From positions 6,696,001 through 6,760,000 of the forward strand of contig NC_073416.1 of assembly GCF_028641065.1 (NCBI RefSeq): a stretch of DNA of 64,000 nt, in the 5' to 3' direction. This document shows, piece by piece, positions 23,140 to 33,886 of the stretch. Position 1 is the stretch's first letter. The number at the start of each line of letters is the position of its first letter. Both the position numbers and the translations under genes were made by a program. The stretch is from Leucoraja erinacea. Lineage: Eukaryota. The notes beneath the pieces are model-generated. The model did no database searches and had not been told where the DNA came from. It worked only from the letters and a program-made list of their open reading frames with translations.

Positions 23140-24583
23140 AAAGTAACATTAACAAATTTGCCGATGACACAAAGCTGGGCGGCAGGGTGAATTGTGAGGT
23201 GGATGCTATGAGGATGCAAGGTGACGTGGACAGGTTGGGTGAGGGGCAGATGCATGGCATTTGCAGTTTAATGTGGATAAATGTGAGGTTATCCACTTTG
23301 GTGGCAAAAACAGGAAGGCAGATTAATATCTGAATGGTGCCAAGTTGGGAAAAGGGTGAAGTACAAAGAGATCTGGGGGTCCTTGTTCATCAGTCACTGA
23401 AAGTAAGCATGCAGGTACAGCAGGCAGTGAAGAAAGCTAAAGGCATGTTTGCCTTCATAACAAGAGTAGTTGAGTATAGGAGCAAAGAGGTCCTTCTGCA
23501 GTTGTACAGGGCCCTAGTGAGATTGTGTGCAGTTTTGATCTCCAAATTTGAGGACGGACATTCTTGCTATTGAGGGAGTGCAGTGTAGATTCACAAGGTC
23601 CAGGCCGGCGCGGCCTTGTCGGCTTTGGAAGCCGTGGTCTCCAGCTAGGAAGCGGCCGTTCCAGGTGGCCCAGCCGCTGAGAGGACTCTCCCGACGCCGG
23701 GGCAAGATCACCCGGTGAGAACGGCCAGGAACATCGGGCCTCCGTAGAGGCAATTGCGGTGGCCTCAATAGGCCTGACTTTGTGTGAACTTGGGGTTGGG
23801 GACTGGATTCTGTGCCTTCCCCCACAGTGGTATTCATTGTGGGGGGATGATTTTTTTTGTCTGTAAGTAATCCTGTTAGTCTGTGTCCAAGATGGCTGTC
23901 GGAAGGGAGAGTGGACGCTGGCGTGCTTTAGCTGCCGCTGCTCTCTTTTTCACATTGTGTTTTTGATTTTTTGTTTTTGGACTGAATTCTGTTTTTAATT
24001 TGTCTTTATTATTTATTTTATTCTGATTATATGTTTTTTATTCCTGTTAATCTCTTTAAGGTGTCCTTGAGATTCCTGAAAGGCACCCAAAAATAAAATG
24101 TATTATTATTATTATTATTACAAGGTAAAATCCCGAGATGGCGGGACTGTCATATGATGATAGAACACATGGGCTTGTATACTCTGAAATTTAGAAGGAT
24201 GAGAGGGGATCTTATTGAAACATAAGATTATTAAGGGATTGGACACGCTGGAGGCAGGAAATATGTTCCCGATGTTGGGGGAGTCCAGAACCAGGGGCCA
24301 CAGGTTAAGAATAAGGGGTAGGCCATTTAGAACGAAGATGAGGAAAAACATTTTCACCCAGAGTTGTGAATCTGTGGAATTCTCTGCCTCAGAAAGCAGT
24401 GGAGACCAATTCTCTGGATGCTTTCAAGAGAGAGTTAGATAGAGCTCTTAAAGATAGCGGAGTCAGGGGATATGGTGAGAAGGCAGGAACGGGGTACTGA
24501 TTGAGGATGATCAGCCATGATCACATTGAATGGCGGTGCTGGCGCAAAGGGCTGAATGGCTTACTCCTGCACCTATTGTCAAA
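23140..24583 (+). mobile_element. CR1 LINE 3' part, interrupted at 23600-24119
   Basis: KFADDTKLGG, QRDLGVLVH, RTRGHRLRIRG fragments; ends CCTGCACCTATTGTC. Confidence 0.85.
23600..24119 (+). mobile_element. GC-rich retroposon with L2-type 3' tail and (TAT)n, nested in CR1
   Basis: Ends GTGTCCTTGAG..CTGAAAGGCACCC..AATAAAATGTATTATTATT; TSD ACAAGGT at 23593-23599 and 24120-24126. Confidence 0.7.
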
Positions 24584-24599
24584 CAGAAGACTGTCAGAA

Positions 24600-25640
24600 T
24601 ACGTTTCTTTTTCAGGCTAAAAGGATATGACAATGGAAGGGCCACAAGTGTCAATTTTTGTTCCTGAATTATTTATGATTTATATTAATGCCTTGGAGGA
24701 AGGGCCAGAGTGCAAGGTATCCAGTTTTGCTGATAATATAAATAAAGGTGAGAGTCGAGAGTGCATAATTGTCATATGTACCGACTATGGAACAATGAAA
24801 TTCTTGCAGCAGCAGAACAGTCCTGTAAACTGTGGTGAGGATATTTAGACTCTGCAATAATATATAGATTGGTTGAGCGAGTGCGTGAAAACTGGCAAAT
24901 GGAGTGTAATATTAGATAATAGTCTGCTTTTTAATTCCCAACCTCACACTTTCCTATTATTCAAATGGAGAGATACTGCACGAGTGGAATATAAAGGGAT
25001 CAAAGCATTATTGTGTACAAAACAAAATGTTAGCGTGCAGGTGCAGCAAAGTAGTTAGGCAAGCAAATGGCATATTGGTCTTTCTTGCAAGGAGTTTGGC
25101 ATTCAGAAATATTATTACAATTGTACAAGATGATATTGATGCTGTTCATGGATGACTCTGTATTGTTTCCCCATATTTCAGGAAGGGCATGCTGACATTA
25201 AAGGCAGTCCTGGAGAGAATCACTCTGCTGATTACAGGGATGAAAAGATTATTTTATTATGAACAGCCAAAAATGTTTGATCTGTCGTCTTTGGAGTTTG
25301 CAAGAATGAGAGCTGATCATATTGAAACATATATGATCCTAAAGGTGCTTGACAGGCGGCTGTCGAGATGCTTCCACTCTTGGAGAGTTGCAAGGGGTTG
25401 ATCGTTTAAAACTGAAGTGCACATGAATGTCTTCTTGAAGAAAATAGTGAATCTCTGGAATTTCATCCACAGAGAGTTATGGGGGATAGACCACTGGAGG
25501 TATTTAAAGAGGAGGTGGGTACTTTTTTGAAAGATCAGGGTATGAAGGACAATATGGGCCTAGCACAGAAGAGGCACATTGGGTAGATCACCATGGCCAT
25601 ATTGAATGGCGGGGCAGGCTTGAGGTGTCAAGTGGCCGAC
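24600..25640 (+). mobile_element. Old degraded CR1 LINE
   Basis: Decayed IYINAL..VSSFADN and SLEFARMRADHIETYMILKVLD fragments plus CR1 3'UTR motif. Confidence 0.65.
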
Positions 25641-26112
25641 GACTACTATTTTCTGGTCTGTTCTTGGGTGCTTTCTGGCTGCTGGTATTATTTTCTGGAC
25701 CTGTTGCACTTCCATGACCTGCACCCTTCTTGAGACATGTAGATGCTTTTGATGGCGGGGATGGCTGTTCCCGCGATGGACCAGGTTGAGTCCTCCACTC
25801 TGCAGCCTCTTGTGTTCCTGTGCTGTGCGTTTGTAAATAACTATCTCTCACAAAATCCACTTTTACTGCTATCATTGGTACAGCATCATTAAAGAACAAT
25901 CGCGCAATGATCACGTTGCTGTTTATGGGAGCTTGTTGTGTGCAACTTGCTGCAAAGTTTCCTCCATTACAGCAAGTATTTAATTTGGGCACAAAGCACT
26001 TGGATCTTTGTTGTGAAATGCATTATGGAGTTGCATGACTGCCTTTCTTTTATTGATTCTTGTGGCATAAAAGGCTGTTCAGCCCCTTGCATATCTGCCA
26101 GGTCTTTGAAAG

Positions 26113-26215
26113 AGGGTAGACACAAAATACGGGAGTAACTCGGCGGGACGGGCAGCATCTCTGGAGAGAAGGAATGGGTGATATTTTGGGTCAAGACCCT
26201 TCTTCAGACTCGGGA
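26113..26215 (-). mobile_element. Short Penelope-derived element (hammerhead-like head), antisense
   Basis: Reverse complement reads AGTCTGAAGAAGGGTCTTGACCCAAAATATCACCCATTCC...; CTTTGAAAG duplicated on both flanks. Confidence 0.68.
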
Positions 26216-26442
26216 CTTTGAAAGGACTGTCTGCTCTCCCCACAGGCCTGCAATTTTCCCTTTCAAGTTTATTTCAAGTCCCTTTCTGAATGCTGCTTCT
26301 GTCATCCTATCAGGGTGTTCATTCCTGATCTTAACAGATTGCTGCTTTTGTGAAGTATAAAAATAATGGTTATCTTGTCAAATATCATTAATAGTATTTG
26401 CACTTTCTACAATGATAACTCTTCACTTTGCTTATCTTGTAG

Positions 26443-26558
26443 GCTTCCGTCTATTGTATCTTGACTTCAAGGAAGTTCATGGAATAAAGTATAAGATGGC
26501 CAATAAAGGACTAAAGTACAACCAGCTGCCTTACAGGGAAATGGAAAAATTAAGACAG
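26443..26558 (+). CDS. LETMD1: LETMD1 exon 3
   Basis: FRLLYLDFKEVHGIKYKMANKGLKYNQLPYREMEKLRQ|gtgaga. Confidence 0.93.
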
Positions 26559-26789
26559 GTGAGAGACTTTTCCATGGCATAAGTGAAGGCCTTTCCTTTC
26601 TATCTGTTTTCTCCTGCTTATGAGTCACAGAACTTGTAGACCAAACTGCAAAAGAAAAACAAAGCAGATGTTTTTTAAGCAATTTTTCTGTATAGTTTGG
26701 GGTGGGAGGGATTGTTAGAAGGTTGAGACTGGCTACCTGTGAGTGAACTGAGTTTTTGACATTAACTGTACAAGTGTTTTATTTTCCAG

Positions 26790-26872
26790 TTTCGCAGAGA
26801 CGTTATAAAGGTAATACCAGTAGTGCTTCTCGCCATTCCGCCATTTGCAAACTATATTGTGTTCATATTGAT
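26790..26872 (+). CDS. LETMD1: LETMD1 exon 4 (hydrophobic segment)
   Basis: FRRDVIKVIPVVLLAIPPFANYIVFIL(M)|gtaagt. Confidence 0.93.
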
Positions 26873-27788
26873 GTAAGTATTTCAAGAATTTTTATTAATG
26901 TTCTACAGTTGGGCACTGATCACTTGTGATAATCCAGACATATTTTTAAATATACAGGATTTGTGATCAAAGATTTAAAACTGAGTACATTAACTATAGT
27001 AGTGTGTTGACAACATTGCTATAAAATTCACTTTTAAAATAAAAGGCAATTCCAATGCTAACTGTTGGGCTGTTTCGAAAGCATAGTTAATACCAGCCAT
27101 TGATTGTGTCTGTTTGATGCTCTAACCTATGTATCAGATTGCAAGGTAAATGAAGGGGCAAAGCAACATTCTGGAGATTTAAGGAATTACCATGCATTAT
27201 AATTCTTTGGCTTTAGTTGAGTTATGCCCCCTGGTGGAAAGTAATAATTCTGAAAATTAATTAAATTGCCTGAATCGTAGAATCTTGCAGGACAGCAATA
27301 ACCCCATCATTCCTGCACCTGGTCTTTCAAAGAGCTGTACAGTCAGTCCCTCTCCAGGGTGTACCTTGTAGCAACTAAGAGGTGTGTAAAAGTGAACTTT
27401 CCTCCTTCGCTGTGGTACTTGAGAAGTACTTGAACATAAGAGGTTGGGAGGTGCGGAGGGAGATTTTTGTCCATGTTTCATTCTGTGAAACAATACACTA
27501 TCGTCAGAAGTATTATTCTGAATTATGTTTGTTTGTAATATGTGGTAGGTATTGTTTTTATGATTAACTGTCCAATGTTATACAATTCCCGTATTTTGAG
27601 TGATGATCTTTGGTAGAATGGCCTCTCGTTTTAAGTTGTGAGCCTAACAAACATTTAGAGCCACTGGAAGTGGTGGAGGTTTGATCAGGTGGTGCATCAG
27701 TGTCAGAATGAATGACTTACCTTCAACACTGAACTGTGGGAATACATACGTTTCCTAAGACTAAGTCTGCACATGATTTTATTTGTAG

Positions 27789-27975
27789 GTATTTCTTTCC
27801 AAGGCAGTTCTTAATAAGTCACTTCTGGACCCACGATCAGCATCAGGAATTTAAGGAAATCTACCACTCGTTCCGGGCTCAGGTTTACCCAGACGCTGTG
27901 AGTGGTTTAATCAAAGCAGCCTCAAAAGTTAAAGACAGACAACTGAAAAAACAGCTGTTAACTCTTGGCAACAAA
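27789..27975 (+). CDS. LETMD1: LETMD1 exon 5
   Basis: YFFPRQFLISHFWTHDQHQEFKEIYHSFRAQVYPD...LLTLGNK. Confidence 0.93.
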
Positions 27976-29018
27976 GTACGTACACCAATTAACAAAACTT
28001 GAGAAACGTTATTTCCAAGCTTATTACCTTGGATCAAGCACTTTTCAGGTGGCAAGATGCAGACTTGTTTTTGATCTTCTGCGTGTTGTACTCCCAATGT
28101 TACAGAGAAGGTAAAAGGCTAATATGTGGTCCTGTATCCCAAGTCTTTTGATCAACCTCTGGCAACTAGGTAATGTGACCACTGCAATTTGCGAGACAGG
28201 TCGATCTATTCACCATTTGGCTTGCAAATAGTATAAGATCTAAAGGAAGAATGTGCATAAGTGAACCAAAGTTTATGTAGAGCAGGCAAAATAGAGACGA
28301 GGCCTCCTGTATCTGTTTCATATGTTCACACACTGGTGTGTCAGAAATTGTTCTGGACATAAAGGTTCTATTATAAATGATAGAAATGTTTCTGTAATTA
28401 AAAGTGCCTGGTCCAAAGTAATCAACTTGGATCTAATTAGTGAATAAAATAAATTAAAAATGGCCACTTAAGTGGGAAATGCAGAGGTTTAGTCAATGAA
28501 GACTTGACCAAAGAAAAAGGAGTGTCCCAACATGAAGGAAAAATATGCAAAGCTCACAAGATTTTCCATTTGTCTCCTCATCCATACCTGATATGTAATC
28601 AAATATTATTTCTCAAAGTCCTATTCTCAAGTTTGGGGTTAGCATGATAGAGCCTTGCCCTACCTCAAAGGACATCCTACCTCAGCAGGGGTAATTGTTC
28701 TGCACCCTGCTCCCTCCCCCCCCCCCCCCCCCCCAGTAAAGACATCCTTTGGATTATTGGCAAAGAGAGGGCAGGGCCTTGTCAGATTTGATGGGTCATT
28801 GGGTGCGGTGGGTTCATACTCCCTGTGCTTCTATCAAATTTCTTATCCTCATGAGGTTTCAGTTGTATTTTTTCCACTGACACAGCAGCTATTTTGAGAT
28901 AGTAACCCGGCTTTGAATGTGGGTGGGAAGTTACTGACCCAGTTTCTGATTGCAGTAAGCTGTATTTTGAGGCTGTTGAGTGTATTTGTGATCCACTGTT
29001 CTGTGTTTTTAAATCAAG

Positions 29019-29120
29019 GTTCAGGATGGCATCCATCCCGAAATCTTTCAGCTACACATAGTGGCAAAGCTGTTCTTGGGACATCCACTAGCAATCCGTC
29101 ACATTGATTCACGGCAGGCG
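29019..29120 (+). CDS. LETMD1: LETMD1 exon 6
   Basis: VQDGIHPEIFQLHIVAKLFLGHPLAIRHIDSRQA, 102 nt, phase 0-0. Confidence 0.88.
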
Positions 29121-29377
29121 GTAAGGAAGTGGTAGAGGAGTTTATTCCTGTTGACCCTTTAGAAACTTTTTAAATAATGTAAGTCTGTGGAACTCTATGT
29201 AAAACAATGCGTTTGTCTTTAAGATAACAGAATAAATTGTTAAACACAAGTGAGTTGGATATTTTACAAAGTAAAATTCTGTGGGTTTTTTAATGAGCCA
29301 TATGCATTTGCTTCTGAAATGAAAGGCATGAAGGGAATGGTTGCTCATTGACCTGTACCCTGCTGTTATGTTGTTAG

Positions 29378-29530
29378 GAAATCTTTAGTCGGGTGATGTT
29401 TCTCACTCCGCACATGCCCTCCTTCATCCTACGCCATCGTATCTGGAGCCACATCATGGAAATCCGTCATTTGGACCAAGCTTTGAATAGTTTAGGATTG
29501 CATGAGCTGTCGGAGGATGAACTGAGAAAT
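29378..29530 (+). CDS. LETMD1: LETMD1 exon 7
   Basis: EIFSRVMFLTPHMPSFILRHRIWSHIMEIRHLDQALNSLGLHELSEDELRN|gtgagt. Confidence 0.93.
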
Positions 29531-29784
29531 GTGAGTTGAAAGGGTGGAGCCAGTTGCTCAGCAATAGCTTGCATTTTATAAAGTGCTTTTAATGCAGAGA
29601 AATGTTTTGCAGAGCAGCAATTAGATGAAAAATGGATGCAGATTGTAAGAAGCAAACACAAAGCTTGGTTGGGTAGCATGTAGCTTTTCAGAAGAAATTC
29701 GAGAGGTATACGGTCTCATCTGCTGACAGCATGATCATCAATGGTGGTGTGAATGGAAATGAAATTCAAGACCTCAAGCAGAGT

Positions 29785-30125
29785 CCATAGAAACACGCTG
29801 CACAGAATCAGGCCCTTCAGCCCACCATGTCCTTGCTGCCCATCAACCACCCATTTACTCTCTCCATGTTTCCTGCAACTCGCCCTGGATTCTACTGTCC
29901 ACTACATGCCAGGGTCGATTTACAGTGGCCAATTGACCCACTATCCCATTCATCTTTGGGATATGGGAGGAAACTCGACCCATGCAACCACAGAGAATGG
30001 ACCAACTCCACAGAGTCACAGGGAGAATGGACAAACTTGCACAGATAGCACCCGAGGTCATGGTTGGACCTAGGTTCTGGAGATGTGAGGCAGCAGTTCC
30101 ACTAGCTGCACCACTGGGCTGCCGC
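29785..30125 (-). mobile_element. Degraded tRNA-derived SINE, antisense
   Basis: Reverse complement similar to the 5046 SINE head and core. Confidence 0.55.
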
Positions 30126-30774
30126 AGGCTGTGAGTTTTAAAATGAGCAATCAGAATGTGGTGGAGGGTTGATTGGCCCCTTTGTCTGTCTCCCCCCCCC
30201 CCCATATTTCTGAGACACTAGCCTCATTAATATTGCAACATCAAATGGGCATTCTGATATAGATCAGTGTCCAGTAACTGGCAGCCTATAAAACTTTCAA
30301 GGGGATGATGTGTCCTTTGCAAAGTTAAGAAGGGATAAATTTTACTATTGTAAATCCAGTCATTTAAATGTTATTTTTGTTGCTTTCTCTTGCATTACTC
30401 CACCAGGTGAGTAACTTGTTATGAATGCTTTGGAATGAAACCTTTCCCTGGTGAATAATCAGACTGTTGTGAAAACTTCTGCTGAAGTTTGGCCTGTGGT
30501 GGTCTTGCGTAAAGTTAGCCATTTGTAATTCAGATGTGAAGCTCAACTTGAGTCCATCAGTAATACAAGCCAAATACGCTGGCATTTTGATCTTTTAAAA
30601 TAATTAATTTAGACACAAGCTCTCTTGTACACTGAAGCAAAGTAAATGTAACACTGGAAGAGGGTAATCTGTTTGCTGTTTAATAAAAATAAAATGCTGC
30701 TTTCTCTGTACCTTGATTTGCCTGCCCAAACATGCTTGGCCTGCTCATTGTTTCCTTTTGCTTCTGATTTCAAG

Positions 30775-30871
30775 GCATGTTATGTGAGAGGTTTGAATTC
30801 GGTGCACCTGAATGCAGCACAGTGCAAGGACTGGTTAATCAAATGGGTCCAGCTTTCCAAGAAATTAAAAG
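30775..30871 (+). CDS. LETMD1: LETMD1 exon 8
   Basis: ACYVRGLNSVHLNAAQCKDWLIKWVQLSKKLK. Confidence 0.93.
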
Positions 30872-31155
30872 GTAAATTAAAAGGTTACCTGTTCGGTGCA
30901 TTTATCCTCCTGTTGGTGATTAAGTAATTGTTCAGTGGTGCCAACTTTTTACTGCAAAAGATTGAGGGCCATGTTTCCTGCATAAAGGGCTTCTCACAAA
31001 ATCTAACTTCCATTCTCTAGAATGAATTGAACTGTTCGAGCATAGGAGGAAACTATTGTGGCCAATGTAGGAGTTGGAAAGTGATTAGTTTTCCACAATG
31101 TGTGTAAGTTAATCATCTGCTAATTCTAAAAATATAATTTATTTTCTGCTTTTAG

Positions 31156-31238
31156 ATTCTGAAGCCTCTCTGCTATTGCACAGCATGGTGTTACTTTCCA
31201 CAAATTACCTCAAAAAGCTGCCAGAGAAAAGCAAGTAA
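31156..31238 (+). CDS. LETMD1: LETMD1 exon 9 (terminal coding part)
   Basis: (D)SEASLLLHSMVLLSTNYLKKLPEKSK*. Confidence 0.92.
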
Positions 31239-31564
31239 ACCTTAAATGCAAGACTAGGGAGTGGCCATATATGTTTACCCAAGACATCTGTGCGTTGTGT
31301 GACAAGGATTTTTTCGTTATTGCCAGACAAACTCCTGAATGCAAAAATCTGTGACTATTAACTTGCCTCCTGTGATGTACTGACTATGCTGATGAAGACA
31401 AAGATGTTTACTTGACGTACAAATTAATGAATTTTTAAAAAAACAATGTGCTCTGGACCAGTATTTTTTTTCATTTTAGAGGAGCGTGAGATTATTTGAA
31501 TTGTATTATTTTTCATTTCAAGTCACATGAGCAGATTTATTGCTGTGGGAAATAACTTTAGTAA

Positions 31565-31722
31565 GAAATATAGGTTCAGGAGTTGGCCCTCGAGCCAGCA
31601 TCGCCATTCAATATGATCATGGCTGATTATCCAAAATCAGTTCCCCATTCCTGCTTTCTCCCCATATCCCTTGATTTTGTTAGCCCTAAGAGCTATATCT
31701 AACTCTCTCTTGAATACATCAA
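31565..31722 (-). mobile_element. CR1 3' tail fragment in the probable LETMD1 3'UTR
   Basis: DVFKRELDIALRANKIKGYGEKAG plus CR1 3'UTR motif. Confidence 0.75.
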
Positions 31723-33880
31723 GAGGTTCAGAGGTTGCTTTCAAAGTAAGGGTGATGTTCACAGCTTTTGCATGGTTTATGACAGTGGGGCAACATCTTA
31801 ATCGAGGACAGCGAATGGAGGTCATCAAAGTTCCTGTTAGATGCACTGCTCCACTGTCTGCTTGTGGACTGGTGTTGGTATTGAAACGCATCGAAGGGTG
31901 TGAAGTTCCTGCACTTGCACGAGAGGTACCAAGTTCAAGTAGCATCTTAAAGGGATTAAATGCTAATTATTTCCAGACAATCCTTCTAATGATATAAATG
32001 ATCCTTTAACCACTGAGGATTCTCAAACCTTTAAGTTTTTATTTTCGGACTTCTTGTTTGCTTAAATATTCTACTCTCCCTTGACATAGAAATTTACCAC
32101 CTCTAACAATCTGCACTGATATACTTTTCAAATGTTCTGCATTTTCTAATTTTTTACCATACACCTTCATCATCATTATTCAGGCCCTAATCCATCGATC
32201 AATCTGGTCAAGGAGATGCAGTGTCACTTACCTTGTTTGCTCATATTCCAGATGCCCCACTTTCATCTGTCCCTTCCAGCAAGTCGCCATGTAAAATATG
32301 AGAAGTTTTTTGGTCTTGTTCTCAAACAGGACCTCCTCCCATTTGAGTAAGATTACATTAGGCCAAAGTCAGTGATGAATCTAAAAAGGAGTTTGTATTG
32401 TGGATTGGTGCTTAGTAAAAATGACCCAACCTCTCATTTTACTGATTACTTTGTTGATTGGACAATCACCCTAGTGGCCTACATCTGCTATTTCTTATCC
32501 TTTCAACCGGCTCTTGAAAACCAGTTGCTCATTGCACAGTAGATGGACCCAAGAACTTTCTTATGCTTGTGAACTATCCTCAAACCCAGAAATATTTGGG
32601 CCAGTGACATTAAAAACAATAAAAAATACTGTGAATCAATCGGAAAAGGCCACCAATACTCGGGTAAAGCAGCATCAGTGGAAAAAGAGTTCATGGTTCA
32701 GACAGGCTCTGCTGGCTGAGCACAGCAGCGGGTCTAGTGGCAAGTCTGGCCTAATCCAAGACTTAAAGGTGTTACTAGTACACTGATAGTTACTAAATTT
32801 CCAAATAAATTGTACTGTGTTGGATAATGCTTTTTAATCCTGCATATCCTGAGTAGCTAAATTATTAAAGAATATAATACTTTAGATTGGCTAAATTACT
32901 AGTTTAGTTGACTGTTGAAGCAATGCAGTTCCAGATTTGTTTTGGCTGAGGTTACATTTAAAGATGCTGCTGCCTATTTTAACCCCAATATACAGCAGCA
33001 AAGGAAAGTCTAAACTTTATCAAGTTACATTTGAGATGTTGCCAACAATTTATCTATTGTTTTTATATTTTAATCCTATTTTTAAAACATCTGAATGCTC
33101 CCACAGCTTCTGATAGTTTCATTGTCTCAATGTGCATTGTGATTTCAAGGGATGAGATGTTGTTATCTGCCACCTAAACAGGAAGGTTAAGGCATTCAAA
33201 GTTTAAGCACTGATGTTTGAATTCTGATGGTTAGAAAAAAAACTGCAGTTTACCAGGACATGTGTCCTTTTAAGTGATTTATATCTTAAATTTGTGGCAC
33301 TGGCCTCTGTTACAAGACAGCTGTCACCATCATCTTGGGGTAGATTTCCTTTTCCAGAAGAAACATCATACTACATTTTTAGTAGTAGGAGTAAATGGAG
33401 ATGACTTACAGATTATTTTCCAAAGTTGCATTTGAGGTGTTGGGGGTGATTTTTTACATTCACTGCCTGACTGCTGGATGAATGGTTTGCTTGGCCTTCC
33501 AAAGCAAGTGGTCCTTCCATCTTCACCACCTGAAGCTGCATCACAAATCTGTACAAAATGGACAATTTAATTCATTTTATGAAATTTGGATTAACATGCT
33601 CATCTAAGTAGGTTTTGTATAAACACCAATTGCACTGATAGCCTGCTTGTATGCTCCTGTACTCATTGTTTTTGTGGTTTTTATTTTTGAATTGTGCACT
33701 TCATACGACATGTAAAAGTTTACTTTTTGATCTCTTGAGTTGTACTTATTTTTTATGTGAAGATGGATGCCTTAATTCAACAAGTACTTTTATTTGTAAA
33801 ATGCACTGCAAATGGATATGTGACTGAGCTCAGTTGTGGTTAGCTTAAATGTGGAAAAGGTATAAAATCCCTTGGATGTG

Positions 33881-33886
33881 AATAAA
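33881..33886 (+). terminator. Candidate LETMD1 poly(A) signal
   Basis: AATAAA preceded by TGTA-rich, T-rich sequence and followed by T tracts. Confidence 0.4.

Noticed and set aside
27600-27732. Possible C/D-box snoRNA in LETMD1 intron 4 (GTGATGA ... CTGA)
   Set aside because: No terminal stem and no recognisable rRNA or snRNA guide; such short boxes occur by chance
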